Source: Candidatus Omnitrophota bacterium
GTDB lineage: Bacteria > Ratteibacteria > UBA8468 > MWAK01
NCBI GenBank assembly: GCA_043826355.1
Contig: JBDRQI010000031.1
Location: 48,403-112,402, forward strand
Reading direction: 5' to 3'
Length of the DNA stretch: 64,000 bases
Shown: positions 19,728 to 29,948 of the stretch, piece by piece
How positions within the stretch are numbered: position 1 is the stretch's first letter
Layout: every line of letters starts with the position of its first letter
Program-made: the position numbers and the translations under genes
The notes under the pieces: model-generated
Seen by the model: only the letters and a program-made list of their open reading frames with translations
Database searches by the model: none
Told to the model about the DNA's origin: nothing

Positions 19728-22094
19728 ATGTTTCCGAGCCGAAGAATATACCTACTGGTCTTCTTCTGTTCTTTCGCCAGCCTCGCCTACGAAGTAACTC
19801 TCACCAGGATATTTTCAATCTCCCTCTGGTACCATTTCGCATTTATGATTGTGAGCATTGCCATGCTGGGCATCGGCGCCAGCGGAACCGTTCTTTCCCT
19901 GTACCCGAAACTGAAAAATCTTTCCCGACTGGGTATCTACAGCCTCCTGCTGGGAATAAGCATCCCTTTCAGTTACCTGCTTTTCAACCAGATGCCTTTT
20001 GAGCCGGTAAAACTCTCCTGGTCACGGATTCAGCTGCTCTACTTCTGCCTCTATTACCTGGTGTTTTCGCTGCCCTTCTTCTTCTCCGGATTGATTGTTG
20101 CCACCGCATTGTCCTGCCGCAGTGAAAGATCGGGCTTACTCTACGGCGCCGACCTCCTGGGCGCGGGAATAGGTTCAATGGGAGTCCTTGCTCTGATGGC
20201 TGACTCCGGCCCCGAGACAGTCGTCTTTGTCCTCTCTTCTCTTGTTCTGGTCGCAACCTTCTTTTTTTCCCGAAAATTCCGGGCGGTACCGCTGGTCTTA
20301 ATCCTGTTCAACCTCTCGTTTCTCCTGCTCCGCCCCGGATTCGGAAACCTTAAAATCTCCCCCTTTAAGGAACTGCCGTCGGCCCTGAAATATCCGGGCG
20401 CAAACCATTTAAATACCTACTACAGTCCTTTCTCCAGAATTGATACCTTTCAAAGCCCGGCGGTCCGTTTTGCGCCGGGATTAAGCCTCAAATACACCGA
20501 AATGCTGCCGGAACAGATCGGCTTTTCCATCGATGCTGACGAAATGAATGCGGTCACCTTTTCGGCCGATGGCGCCCCGGGGTTTCTGAAATACCTGCCT
20601 TCCGCTCTGCCTTACGCGATAGCCGAAAGGAGAGAAGTTCTAACCCTGGACCCCAAAGGAGGCCTGCCGGTGCTGCTGGCACGCCATCACGGAGCCCGGG
20701 AGATATCCAAGGTTGAAAGCAACCCGCTGCTGGTAAAAATAGTCCGCAGGGAATTTTCTGAATTTTCAGCTGGAATTTACTCTCGCAACACCTGGACCGG
20801 GCTGGGCCGTTCCTGGCTGAAGAAAAGCGGCCGGCATTTTGACCTTATTGATATCTCCCTGATGGGAAGCGCTGCGGTGGGCTCTGCCGGGCTGTCGGAA
20901 GACTACCGGTTTACCGTTGAAGCATTCACACAGTACCTTGAGCACTTATCGCCCGAAGGTATTTTGAGTATCAGCCTCTACCTGTTGCCGCCTCCCCGGA
21001 CAGAATTAAAACTTCTGGCCACCATCGCCGCAGCAATGGAGGAAATGAAGATAAAAGATCTGCCGGACCGGCTGGCAGCCATTCGCAGTTGGGGAACACT
21101 GTCCCTGGTGTTGAAAAAGACGCCTTTCACCCCGGAGGAAATAAATAATATCCGGAGATTTTGCGATGAAAGATGGTTCGACCCGGTCTACTATCCGGGC
21201 ATCAGGGAAGAAGAGACCGGTATCTATATCCGGACGGCCACCGATGAATATTATGCCGCATTTCAGAAACTTGTCAATCCCGATACGTGGCGTTCCTTTG
21301 TGGATGATTACCTTTTTGATATCAGGCCGGTTCGCGACAACCGGCCTTTTTTCCGTTATTACCTTCGGACCGGAAAGATAAGAGAAACCTACCGTGTTAT
21401 GGACCGAAAGTGGACCTATTTTATCGAAGAAGGGTTTATTCTGCCGCCGATGTTGGTCCAGGCAGCCTTTTTGAGCCTTGTTTTGATATTGCTGCCGGCG
21501 GCCGTCGGCCGGAAAGAGAGAAAAAAGAGTCCGGCCGCCTCCTCCCGCCGCGGCTGCGCCCTGGCCTATTTTGCCCTGCTGGGAACCGGATATATGTTTG
21601 TGGTCATATCCCTGATTCAGAAAATGGTTCTGCCCCTGGAAAGTCCGTCCTATGCCACGGCTGCTGTCCTGGCTTCGATCCTGGTCAGTTCCGGCCTGGG
21701 AAGCCTCCTGAGCAATCGCATTTCAAGATTAAAAAATCCGGCAACAACCCTGGCAGTCTCCTCCGTCGTTTTTATTTACAGCCTGACCCTGCCCCGGTTA
21801 ACCGACGCCATCTCCCCGCATCCCCTGGCGGTTAAATTTCTAGTCGTTTTTTTATTGCTGGCGCCGGCCGGTCTGTTTATGGGCACCCCCTTTCCCACCG
21901 GAATCAGAATACTGGGGGAAAGGGACAAAACACTCATACCGTGGGCCTGGGCAACCAACGGCTGTTTTTCGGTCCTGGCGCCGATTGCAGCCGTGATGCT
22001 GGCTATAGCAGCCGGTTTTCAAACTGTGCTCTGGACCGGCGCGGCGGTCTACACCCTCTCTTTTGCCGCAATGAAGCGTTTTCTGGCCCCTTGA
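19728..22094 (+). CDS. Multi-TM spermidine-synthase-like SAM-binding membrane protein
   Basis: LAYEVTLTRIFS, LYGADLLGAG, central methyltransferase-like domain, WAWATNGCFSV. Confidence 0.75.
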   Translation: MFPSRRIYLLVFFCSFASLAYEVTLTRIFSISLWYHFAFMIVSIAMLGIGASGTVLSLYPKLKNLSRLGIYSLLLGISIPFSYLLFNQMPFEPVKLSWSRIQLLYFCLYYLVFSLPFFFSGLIVATALSCRSERSGLLYGADLLGAGIGSMGVLALMADSGPETVVFVLSSLVLVATFFFSRKFRAVPLVLILFNLSFLLLRPGFGNLKISPFKELPSALKYPGANHLNTYYSPFSRIDTFQSPAVRFAPGLSLKYTEMLPEQIGFSIDADEMNAVTFSADGAPGFLKYLPSALPYAIAERREVLTLDPKGGLPVLLARHHGAREISKVESNPLLVKIVRREFSEFSAGIYSRNTWTGLGRSWLKKSGRHFDLIDISLMGSAAVGSAGLSEDYRFTVEAFTQYLEHLSPEGILSISLYLLPPPRTELKLLATIAAAMEEMKIKDLPDRLAAIRSWGTLSLVLKKTPFTPEEINNIRRFCDERWFDPVYYPGIREEETGIYIRTATDEYYAAFQKLVNPDTWRSFVDDYLFDIRPVRDNRPFFRYYLRTGKIRETYRVMDRKWTYFIEEGFILPPMLVQAAFLSLVLILLPAAVGRKERKKSPAASSRRGCALAYFALLGTGYMFVVISLIQKMVLPLESPSYATAAVLASILVSSGLGSLLSNRISRLKNPATTLAVSSVVFIYSLTLPRLTDAISPHPLAVKFLVVFLLLAPAGLFMGTPFPTGIRILGERDKTLIPWAWATNGCFSVLAPIAAVMLAIAAGFQTVLWTGAAVYTLSFAAMKRFLAP

Positions 22095-22181
22095 ACGCAT
22101 ACCGAAGCGGCTGACCCCGGAGAAAGCAGGGGTTTTTTCGTTGGAGGTTGTGATAACATTAAAGATGGTTAAGGAGGTCCG

Positions 22182-22880
22182 ATGGTTAAAAAAGGGCGGT
22201 TTAAATTTGCGGCATCTTTCCTGGCAGCGCTGTTGCTCTTTATTAACCCCTGGAGCCTTCAGAACCTTTCCGGAGAAACTATGGAGAAAGAGATTAAACT
22301 TCCTCCGCCACAATTAAAAGGCAGCCTTTCGGTGGAAGAGGCGCTCTCCCTAAGAAGGTCGCTACGAGAGTGCCTTAACGAACCCCTGACCTTGAAAGAA
22401 GTCGGGCAGATTCTCTGGTCATCCCAGGGCGTTACGGCAAAATGGGGCGGAAGGACCGCTCCTTCGGCCGGGGCCACCTACCCCCTGGAAACATATCTGG
22501 TTGCGGGCAGAATAGAAAGTCTTGCTCCGGGCCTCTATTACTACCGGCCCGATTCCCACAGCCTCCTCCCGGTGTTGAAATCTGACCTGAGGCGGGAACT
22601 GTCCGCCGCGGCTTTGGGCCAGAGGATAGTCCAGCAAGCGCCGGCCGTCGTTGTCCTGACAGCCGTTTATCAACGGACCGCCGGCCGATACGGAGAAAGG
22701 GCGGCCCGGTATGTCCATATGGAGGTGGGCCATGCGAGCCAGAATATTTACCTCCAGGCCGAAGCCCTGGGTCTGGCCACCGTGGTAATCGGCGCTTTTC
22801 GGGACAGCGAGGTTAAGAAAGTTTTGAAGATTAAAGAAGAACCCCTTTACCTGATGCCGGTCGGCAGAAAGAAGAATTGA
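22182..22880 (+). CDS. SagB/ThcOx family nitroreductase
   Basis: RRSLR, RTAPSAGATYP, EVGHASQN. Confidence 0.85.
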   Translation: MVKKGRFKFAASFLAALLLFINPWSLQNLSGETMEKEIKLPPPQLKGSLSVEEALSLRRSLRECLNEPLTLKEVGQILWSSQGVTAKWGGRTAPSAGATYPLETYLVAGRIESLAPGLYYYRPDSHSLLPVLKSDLRRELSAAALGQRIVQQAPAVVVLTAVYQRTAGRYGERAARYVHMEVGHASQNIYLQAEALGLATVVIGAFRDSEVKKVLKIKEEPLYLMPVGRKKN

Positions 22881-22906
22881 ACCGCATCCGGGTTTCCGGA
22901 ATAGTT

Positions 22907-23635
22907 TTACTTTTCCGCCTCTCCGGTAAAGGGAACAAACCTTACCGGTATCAACTCCCGGAAGGAAAATTTGGCGCCTTTCTTGGTTACCAGCGTCAGC
23001 GTCTGATGGTAAACCGTGCTCCCCAGGGGAAGGATGAGCCGGCCGCCTTCCTTTAATTGCTTGAGCAAAAGTGGTGGGATGTGATTGACCGCCGCGGTAA
23101 TCATAATGGCGTCAAAAGGCGCGTACTCTTCCCAACCAAAATAGCCATCCGCGTGCTTAACCTTTACATTCCGGTATCCTAAATTTTCCAGCCGGGCGGC
23201 TGCGGAACGGGCAAGCCGCTCCCGAATCTCGATGGTGTATACCTCCTTTACCATTTCAGCCAGAACCGCCGCCTGATACCCGGAGCCGGTACCCAGTTCC
23301 AGCACCCGGTCGGTCGGTTTTAAGCTTAAGGATTCAGTCATCAGCGCTACAATGTAGGGCTGGGAGATTGTCTGTCCTTCCCCGATCGGCAGGGGGTGGT
23401 CCCGATAAGCATGCTCCCGGTACCGCTGGTCCACAAAAAGGTGCCTGGGAAGTTTACCCATCACCTCCAAAACCCTGGCATCTTTTACTCCCCTTCCCTT
23501 GATATCATGCTCCACCATCTTTTGCCGGCTCTCCTGGTAAGGGTCGGCGGCGGAAAGTCCACCGGATAAAAAAGCCAGCGAAACCAGGACGGACGCGATG
23601 GTCTGTATGCCCAATCTCTTATGCAATATAGCCAT
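22907..23635 (-). CDS. pcm: Protein-L-isoaspartate O-methyltransferase
   Basis: [26 protein letters not shown]. Confidence 0.92.
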   Translation of the reverse strand: MAILHKRLGIQTIASVLVSLAFLSGGLSAADPYQESRQKMVEHDIKGRGVKDARVLEVMGKLPRHLFVDQRYREHAYRDHPLPIGEGQTISQPYIVALMTESLSLKPTDRVLELGTGSGYQAAVLAEMVKEVYTIEIRERLARSAAARLENLGYRNVKVKHADGYFGWEEYAPFDAIMITAAVNHIPPLLLKQLKEGGRLILPLGSTVYHQTLTLVTKKGAKFSFRELIPVRFVPFTGEAEK

Positions 23636-23738
23636 TTTTACCCAACCTGTAATTTATCATCCTCAAAAAATAAAGTCAACAGTTATCCGGTCCCTCCGTT
23701 TAGTACATTGACTGTGCACATATTCAGATTAAGTCTAT

Positions 23739-23787
23739 CCTTGACCCGGGGCTGGACGGGGTGGTAAGATTTGGGTGGTTTGGAAAA
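23739..23787 (+). promoter_or_regulatory. Dispersed module copy G (promoter only, TTGACC-18-TAAGAT)
   Basis: 23-bp identity with copy D. Confidence 0.7.
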
Positions 23788-23831
23788 CAGGTTAACCGCA
23801 AACTTTTTAGACCGTTTATAACTGGTAAGAA

Positions 23832-24430
23832 ATGGTCTGGATTACGGGATTATTACCGGTTATTTAATCGGCTCACTCTCCTTCGCCTACTTGATTGCCA
23901 GGCTGGTTAGGAAGGTTGACATCCGCACCATCGGCACCGGAAATGCCGGGGCAGCCAACGTTTCTCGTGAGGTGGGCAAATCCTGGGGAATTCTGGTCTG
24001 GTTTTTAGATACCGCCAAGGGGATCCTGGCGGTATTTCTTGCGGCCTTATGGATAGGCGCCTTTCCGAAACCAATGCTGTTTCAGATCCCTTTCTTGACC
24101 CTCGTGGGTTGTACTGCGGTTTTAGGCCACGCCTACCCTTTATTCTTGAACTTCAAGGGTGGTAAAGGCGCCTCCACCTCCGGCGGGCTGATCCTCTACC
24201 TCTTTCCGAAACTTTTTCCCCTGGTAATCATCCTTTTCTTTCTCACGCAAAAACTGGGTTCACATAATAGAACCGTCGTTTTGCTTCCCGTCGCCACTTT
24301 CTTTCTTTACCTTTACAGTCTTTACGGAAGTTTCGGTTTCGGGTACTACGTTTTTTCCTTTCTTTGCCTTATTCTGACCTGCTTTTTAACAAACTGTGAT
24401 ATTTTCCGGGTTTTATTTTTGAAGAGATGA
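23832..24430 (+). CDS. plsY: Glycerol-3-phosphate acyltransferase PlsY-like; frameshift near 23846
   Basis: GYLIGS, GTGNAGAANV, DTAKG, GHAYP..FKGGKG. Confidence 0.75.
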
Positions 24431-25269
24431 AAAAGATGTTGGTAAGAATTCTGATCGATGTTTTTCTAATCATCCTGGGAACAGTGGTGGTAACCGGCTT
24501 TCTTTCCCTCAAACCAAAAAGGATGCCTGTTGTTCTCCGGCCGGCGGACCTGGGTTTGGAAAGCCGGGATGTTGTTTTTCAGACCCGGGACGGAAAGACC
24601 CTGAAAGGTTGGTTTATCCCTTCGGAGAAGGCGCAGGGCACGATAATCTGCTGCCACGGTTATCCGGCCAACAAGTCTGACATCCTGCCAGTAGTCAGTT
24701 TCCTCAGTCCGGAATTCAACCTCCTCCTTTTTGATTTCCGGGCACACGGTGAGAGCGGGGGTTTCGTAACCACCTTCGGCGCCAAGGAGATTTGGGACCT
24801 GGAAGCCGCCGTGGATTATTTGAAGAGTGAGGCGTCTGCCGGAACAAAACCGGTTGGCGTTTGGGGCTATTCCCTGGGCGGCGCGGTCGCCATCCTGACC
24901 GCCGCCGGAAACCCGGAGATAAAAGCCATAGTAAGCGATTCCGCTTTCGCCAACTTTCCGGAGATGGTGACCGTCAATTTTCAGAACCTGGGTCCTTTCA
25001 AACATATTTTTTCCTTCTTTGCTCGGCTCCTGGGAAGGGTTGTATTCCGGATGGATTATATCAAAAACAGCCCGGAGTTCCATGCTGGAAGAGTGCGCGC
25101 CCCGGTCCTGTTAATCCACTCGCGTGACGACGAACTGGTTCCCGTAGAACATGCCCAGCGGCTCTATCGGAACGCCAACCACCCGAAAGAACTCTGGGAA
25201 AAGGGCGGAACCCACACCAACCTGGAACACGCCTACATTTCCACGTACGAGGCGAAAGTGAAAGACTGA
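24427..25269 (+). CDS. Alpha/beta hydrolase
   Basis: CHG, DFRAHGES, GYSLGG. Confidence 0.85.
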   Translation: MKKMLVRILIDVFLIILGTVVVTGFLSLKPKRMPVVLRPADLGLESRDVVFQTRDGKTLKGWFIPSEKAQGTIICCHGYPANKSDILPVVSFLSPEFNLLLFDFRAHGESGGFVTTFGAKEIWDLEAAVDYLKSEASAGTKPVGVWGYSLGGAVAILTAAGNPEIKAIVSDSAFANFPEMVTVNFQNLGPFKHIFSFFARLLGRVVFRMDYIKNSPEFHAGRVRAPVLLIHSRDDELVPVEHAQRLYRNANHPKELWEKGGTHTNLEHAYISTYEAKVKD

Positions 25270-25312
25270 TTTGAAAAATATCTTAAATAAATATTTCCCG
25301 TTAACATAAGAG

Positions 25313-25960
25313 GTGATTTCTATGACTATTCACTGGTTGGGACATGCTTGTTTCCTTATTACTTCAGAGGCAGGTGTAAAGGTATTAATCGATCCTTTTG
25401 ATGCCAGCGTGGGCTACAAGGTTCCGGCGGTGGAGGTAGATGTGGTCCTTACCACCCACGACCATTCCGACCATAACGCCATCAACGTCGTAAAGGGCCA
25501 GCCGCAAATAATAAGAGGCTCCGGCCAGCATCAAGCCAAGGGGATAGATTTTACAGGCGTGTCAAGCTTTCATGATACCACTGCCGGTAGCATGCGGGGG
25601 CGCAATACGATATTTGTATTTGAACTGGACGGCATTCGCATCTGTCATTTAGGTGATTTAGGACATATCTTGGAGCACAAGCAGGTGGGGCACATCGGGC
25701 CGGTGGATGTTCTCTTGATACCGGTAGGCGGGGTCTTTACCATCAACGCAAGCGACGCCGACAAGGTAATAGAACATCTACGGCCAAGAATAGTTATTCC
25801 GATGCATTATAAGACCCCTGCCATTAGCTTGCCGATCGAACCGGTAGACAGGTTTTTGGCAAATAAACCAACTGTGTGGAAACCAGAATCAAGCGAATTG
25901 ACGATAACCAGCGAACAACTGCCAACAGAAACAACCGTTGTAATACTGAAATATAACTAA
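25313..25960 (+). CDS. MBL-fold metallo-hydrolase
   Basis: WLGHACF, THDHSDH, HLGD, IPMHY. Confidence 0.88.
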   Translation: MISMTIHWLGHACFLITSEAGVKVLIDPFDASVGYKVPAVEVDVVLTTHDHSDHNAINVVKGQPQIIRGSGQHQAKGIDFTGVSSFHDTTAGSMRGRNTIFVFELDGIRICHLGDLGHILEHKQVGHIGPVDVLLIPVGGVFTINASDADKVIEHLRPRIVIPMHYKTPAISLPIEPVDRFLANKPTVWKPESSELTITSEQLPTETTVVILKYN

Positions 25961-25986
25961 ACCCGAAAAGGCAATGGGAAGGTAAA

Positions 25987-26423
25987 ATGGTTAAGAAAGT
26001 CTTGGTAATCTATTATTCTTTAGGCGGTAATACGAAACTGCAGCTAAAATCCTGGCAGAAGGAGTAAAAGAAGCCGGTGGAATTCCAGTGGTCAAGAAAG
26101 GACTGGCGGCTACTATTGATGATCTCTTGGGGGCCGATGCGCTTGCGGTGGGCACCCCGGACTATTTCAGTTATATGGCCGGTGGTGTGAAAGACTTCTT
26201 CGACCGCACTTTCTACCCAACCCAGGGAAAGGTGACTGACAAACCGTACGGCACTTTTGTTACCCACGGTGGAGGCGGCGCTGCCCGAAAAAGCCTTGAA
26301 GACATGGGCCGGACTTTCAAACTTCGGCATATCGCTGATACGGTTCTGGTCAAGAACAAACCAGACGACAAGGCTATTTCGGAACTGAAGAAACTCGGAG
26401 AGGCACTCGTTCAGTCAATCTGA
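25987..26423 (+). CDS. Flavodoxin/WrbA-like protein; frameshift near 26035
   Basis: VLVIYYSLGGNT in one frame, AAKILAEGV..GTPDYFSYMAG in the next. Confidence 0.75.
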
Positions 26424-26688
26424 AACCTAAACAGTAAACTCCGCTGAACTGGAACGAACAGGAAACAGGTAAAACAACCGGAGGCCCAATGAAAAACCTT
26501 TTTTGGATTATCGTTGTGTTATTTTACGCAGCACTTCTGACCGGCTGCAGCAGCTGGTCCGGTAGTTTGTCCATCGGCAAGTAATGTCAAAAGCATTACA
26601 GACCTGAAGCTTTAGTGGGTGGTATAAAACTGAAGTAGGGAAGAAGTATTGAAAGAAATCGACAAGTTTCCCCGAAAAGTAAAGTAGG

Positions 26689-27321
26689 ATGAATAGCCAG
26701 AAGGTTATCTGGAAAAGGACTGTTGCTTCGGTACAGCCCCGCATCAGATTCACGCGTTCCTTTGACCAGCACAGTCATACATATCAAGAGTATCTACTCC
26801 ACATAACTGGAATAATGGATGGCAGGGAATGAGAATTTCTTGTTGGAATCGGAAAAACGGCTCATGAAAAGCACCACTTTCGTATAGGAGATGTGGTAAG
26901 CGGCGAATCGCATCTGGTTGAAAATAGGCAAGTGGAAGCAACAGATATTTACAAGACCAGCAAGCTCGTGGTTCTCGAACCCACTGACTTGCAAGAACCT
27001 GCTCCCCCACCGTGGACTGGTGTGGCTCCAGGCCTACAAACTTACAGAGAACGAGGCCACCGGCGTCTTGATGAAGAAACCTATGGAAACAAGTGTTTTG
27101 CCTGTATTTGGGGCTGCCGGATGCCTGTTGAAATGATTATTAACCAATGGAATCCTAAAAAGAAACGTTACCGGTTTGAAACATTTTGCTATGGGCCAAA
27201 GTCGTGTACTTACTACAAGGCTGGTCCTACCCGGAAAGTTCCTGGCAGGCGCGGCATGACATGGGAAGAAGAGGACTGGGTCGATGAGGATGTAACTTCA
27301 CACCGCGGCATGGACGATTAG
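26689..27321 (+). pseudogene. Cys-rich hypothetical protein with an in-frame TGA at 26830
   Basis: Protein-like reading on both sides of the stop: SVQPRIRFTRSFD...GRE*EFLVGIGK...CFACIWGC. Confidence 0.6.
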
Positions 27322-27436
27322 AACTGTACCTGAAACAGCAGAACAAGTATCGCTTGACCAGGACTTGTCAGAGCGCTAAAATTGAATCGGCATCCGAAAC
27401 AGAAAATCGGTTTGATGCCAACTGCACAAGTATCGA

Positions 27437-28123
27437 ATGAGTAATTTAAACAAGACAAGAAAGCTCTCCCCGTCCGCATTAAACCTCTTTCTTGATTGCC
27501 CCCGCTGTTTCTGGCTGGAGAAGAATAAAAACATAAAGCGGCCAAGGGGTATATTTCCGTCACTTCCCGGGGGCATGGATTTAGCCATCAAGGCTTATTT
27601 TGACAAGCACCGACAGAGTAATGGCCTGCCTCCAGAGGTCAGCGGTAGACTTCCCGGTAAGCTATTAGCCGATATTAATCTACTCAATAAATGGCGGAGT
27701 TGGCGCGCTACGGATTTACGTTACGAAGACCAAGGTTTAAATGCGGTACTGTCCGGTGCTTTGGATGATTGCCTTGTTGACGATGGTTTTTATATTCCCC
27801 TTGATTACAAGACCAGAGGGTTTGAACTCAAGGACGACCCGCGCAAGTATTACCAGGCCCAACTGGATTGCTATTGTTTAATCCTGGAAGCAAGCGGATT
27901 TAAGACCAAAGGGCTGGCCTATCTTCTCTATTATTGGCCGACCGACGTCTTAGAAAACGGAATGGTAAGGTTTGAAGTTACGCCGGTTAAGATAGAAACT
28001 AATCCCGAATCAGCAAAAAGCATCTTCAAAAACGCTGTCCTTTTATTAGCCGGTGAATTACCAAAAGCTAATCCGGCTTGCGAATATTGTAGTCTTGTGG
28101 AAAGCAGAAAAACTGAGGGATAA
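27437..28123 (+). CDS. PD-(D/E)XK nuclease family protein (Cas4/AddB-like)
   Basis: LSPSAL..CPRC, GALDD, DYKT, QLDCY, C-terminal CEYC. Confidence 0.8.
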   Translation: MSNLNKTRKLSPSALNLFLDCPRCFWLEKNKNIKRPRGIFPSLPGGMDLAIKAYFDKHRQSNGLPPEVSGRLPGKLLADINLLNKWRSWRATDLRYEDQGLNAVLSGALDDCLVDDGFYIPLDYKTRGFELKDDPRKYYQAQLDCYCLILEASGFKTKGLAYLLYYWPTDVLENGMVRFEVTPVKIETNPESAKSIFKNAVLLLAGELPKANPACEYCSLVESRKTEG

Positions 28124-28272
28124 GAACGAGACTGATCCTGGAACGTAGAAAGAAGTAAAATTTGAAAGGGTAGAAACATTGACCAAAACAATAACTTGGA
28201 TCAGTACCAAGCTGCAAATAAGAAATTAGGCGGTGCCTATTACTAAATTCCGAAAGCATACAGTCTTAAATC

Positions 28273-28992
28273 ATGTGGCTAACCGTATATAACTTACCGG
28301 CCATTTATCCGTCGCTTGTTTTCGGGTTATTTGTAATCTTAACGGTTTTTGTATTGGCTGTTTGGCTAATGAAAAGAAGACGACGTCAAGAGATACTTTC
28401 GGAATGGTCAACGAGAATAGGTTTCTCTTACGAGGCTACACTGTCCGCAGGGGAGAACTCCCGGGATGTTTTACTTGCTCCATTGAGGATGTCGGGGTTA
28501 CTTAAGGAATTAACAAAACTTATGGTACGCAACATCATGCGCGGGCGTTTTGAAGGCCATGAATGGTTAATTTTCGATATGCAAGGGTGGCGTAAGTACA
28601 GGTATGCGGAAAGTGATCCCATACAATGGACGGTAACAATTATGTTGACGGAAGAATATTTTCCGACGTTACACATAGAACCGGTAGTTCCAATGTTCTC
28701 TCGTTTGCATCCCGACCGGTCTTCAGCGATAAAAACGGGAGACAAAGAATTTAATCGCCATTTTATGGTATTCGGTAAAAGATTGTCTGCAGAACATATT
28801 TTAAATCAGGACCTCAGGGAATACCTGTTGGGACTGACCCGCGCATCTAAACGATGGTATCGACATTTATACTTGCATGACAATATGATAATAGTGGTTG
28901 AGGCAACACTGGCACCGCCCCGACATATAGAAGATATGATAAAGATTGTCCTTGGAGTTCGAAAACGTATACCAGTATCTGTAGATAATTAA
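28273..28992 (+). CDS. Hypothetical membrane-anchored protein
   Basis: 239-aa ORF with an N-terminal TM segment. Confidence 0.65.
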   Translation: MWLTVYNLPAIYPSLVFGLFVILTVFVLAVWLMKRRRRQEILSEWSTRIGFSYEATLSAGENSRDVLLAPLRMSGLLKELTKLMVRNIMRGRFEGHEWLIFDMQGWRKYRYAESDPIQWTVTIMLTEEYFPTLHIEPVVPMFSRLHPDRSSAIKTGDKEFNRHFMVFGKRLSAEHILNQDLREYLLGLTRASKRWYRHLYLHDNMIIVVEATLAPPRHIEDMIKIVLGVRKRIPVSVDN

Positions 28993-29016
28993 AGCACCCA
29001 CCTCTGTTCCAGTAAA

Positions 29017-29478
29017 ATGCCTGAAGAAAAAAAGAATTATCCGAAAACTGCAAACAAAAACATAAAACGATTACGCTCAATAACAAAGGAATTCTATGAG
29101 AAGAAATTCAAGCAATATACGGAAGAGAAGGAAATGGCGGTTGAATCAATCAGGCAGCATGGCACCGGCCAGACAAAATATTTCGAACTGGGGATAAATA
29201 TCCTGGAATTGGCACAGAGAGCCAAAGAAATCTATCTCAAGCGTTCGGTAGAGGAAAAACGGCAACTTCTTGGTTTAGTATTTTCGAACCTTTCCCTAAA
29301 AGACGGAAACACAAGCTCTGTCTATCATCCCGCCTTCCAACTTATCGCCGAAAGGGTCAAAATAGGACAACTGCTCCCCAGACAGGACGATTATCGAACC
29401 ATCAACTGGAATAAGATGTTTGAAAATCCTGAGGTTATTTTATCACAAATTCAGCAACTATTACACCCGGCACTATAG
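29017..29478 (+). pseudogene. C-terminal remnant of a large serine-recombinase-like integrase
   Basis: Coiled region then EEKRQLL..VFSNL.L...Y.PAF...LLPRQDDYRT; no catalytic N-terminus; family call from recalled pattern. Confidence 0.6.
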
Positions 29479-29739
29479 CCACCCGACACTTCGGGTAAGG
29501 TTGCTAAAGCTATTGCCAGCAAAGGTTCTTGAGGTGTTACACTCCTGCGAGTCTGGCCTTCCTAATATTCCGGCAAAATATTGCCTTACCATCCAGGTGT
29601 AGTTTTAGTTCTTGTTCTTAGGCGAGTATGATTTATCCACCTGTCCCCGGGTCATCTATTTCAGGGGTACCAGGGATAATTATGAAATATAAAATGGGTG
29701 GGATATCCCTCCCCACCGCCCCTTGTCAAAATAACTATT

Positions 29740-29836
29740 AGTCCCCTCTGATAGCATAAGAAAACTTTCACCCCAAACGTAATTACCTTGACCTTATCCT
29801 GATGGGGTGGCTAACGGGACGACGTTCGAACCTGTC
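29740..29836 (+). repeat. Dispersed module copy H fused to a tRNA-His att-like site
   Basis: Degenerate box 2, TTGACC, then GGGTGGCTAACGGGA identical to 30973-30987. Confidence 0.75.
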
Positions 29837-29948
29837 TGTTGGATAATCCTACCATAATATTGCCTATTTTTCCAATATCGGCGTAAAATATAGAAAACAA
29901 AGATGTCAGGTTAAAATATTTATTTTGATGGACAAGCGGAGGCTCCAA

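Noticed and set aside
25267..26832. TGA recoding (in-frame TGA at 26830 and possibly premature TGA at 25267)
   Set aside because: Many intact genes end in TGA and conserved genes have no internal TGA; point mutation or error is simpler.
11089..29832. CRISPR array or cas locus (repeats plus a Cas4-like nuclease at 27437)
   Set aside because: The repeats are long, degenerate and kilobases apart, with no regular spacers and no cas1 or cas2.
11089..29832. Classical integron as the explanation for the array
   Set aside because: No IntI was recognised; the modules are not palindromic attC sites and they precede genes with their own promoters.
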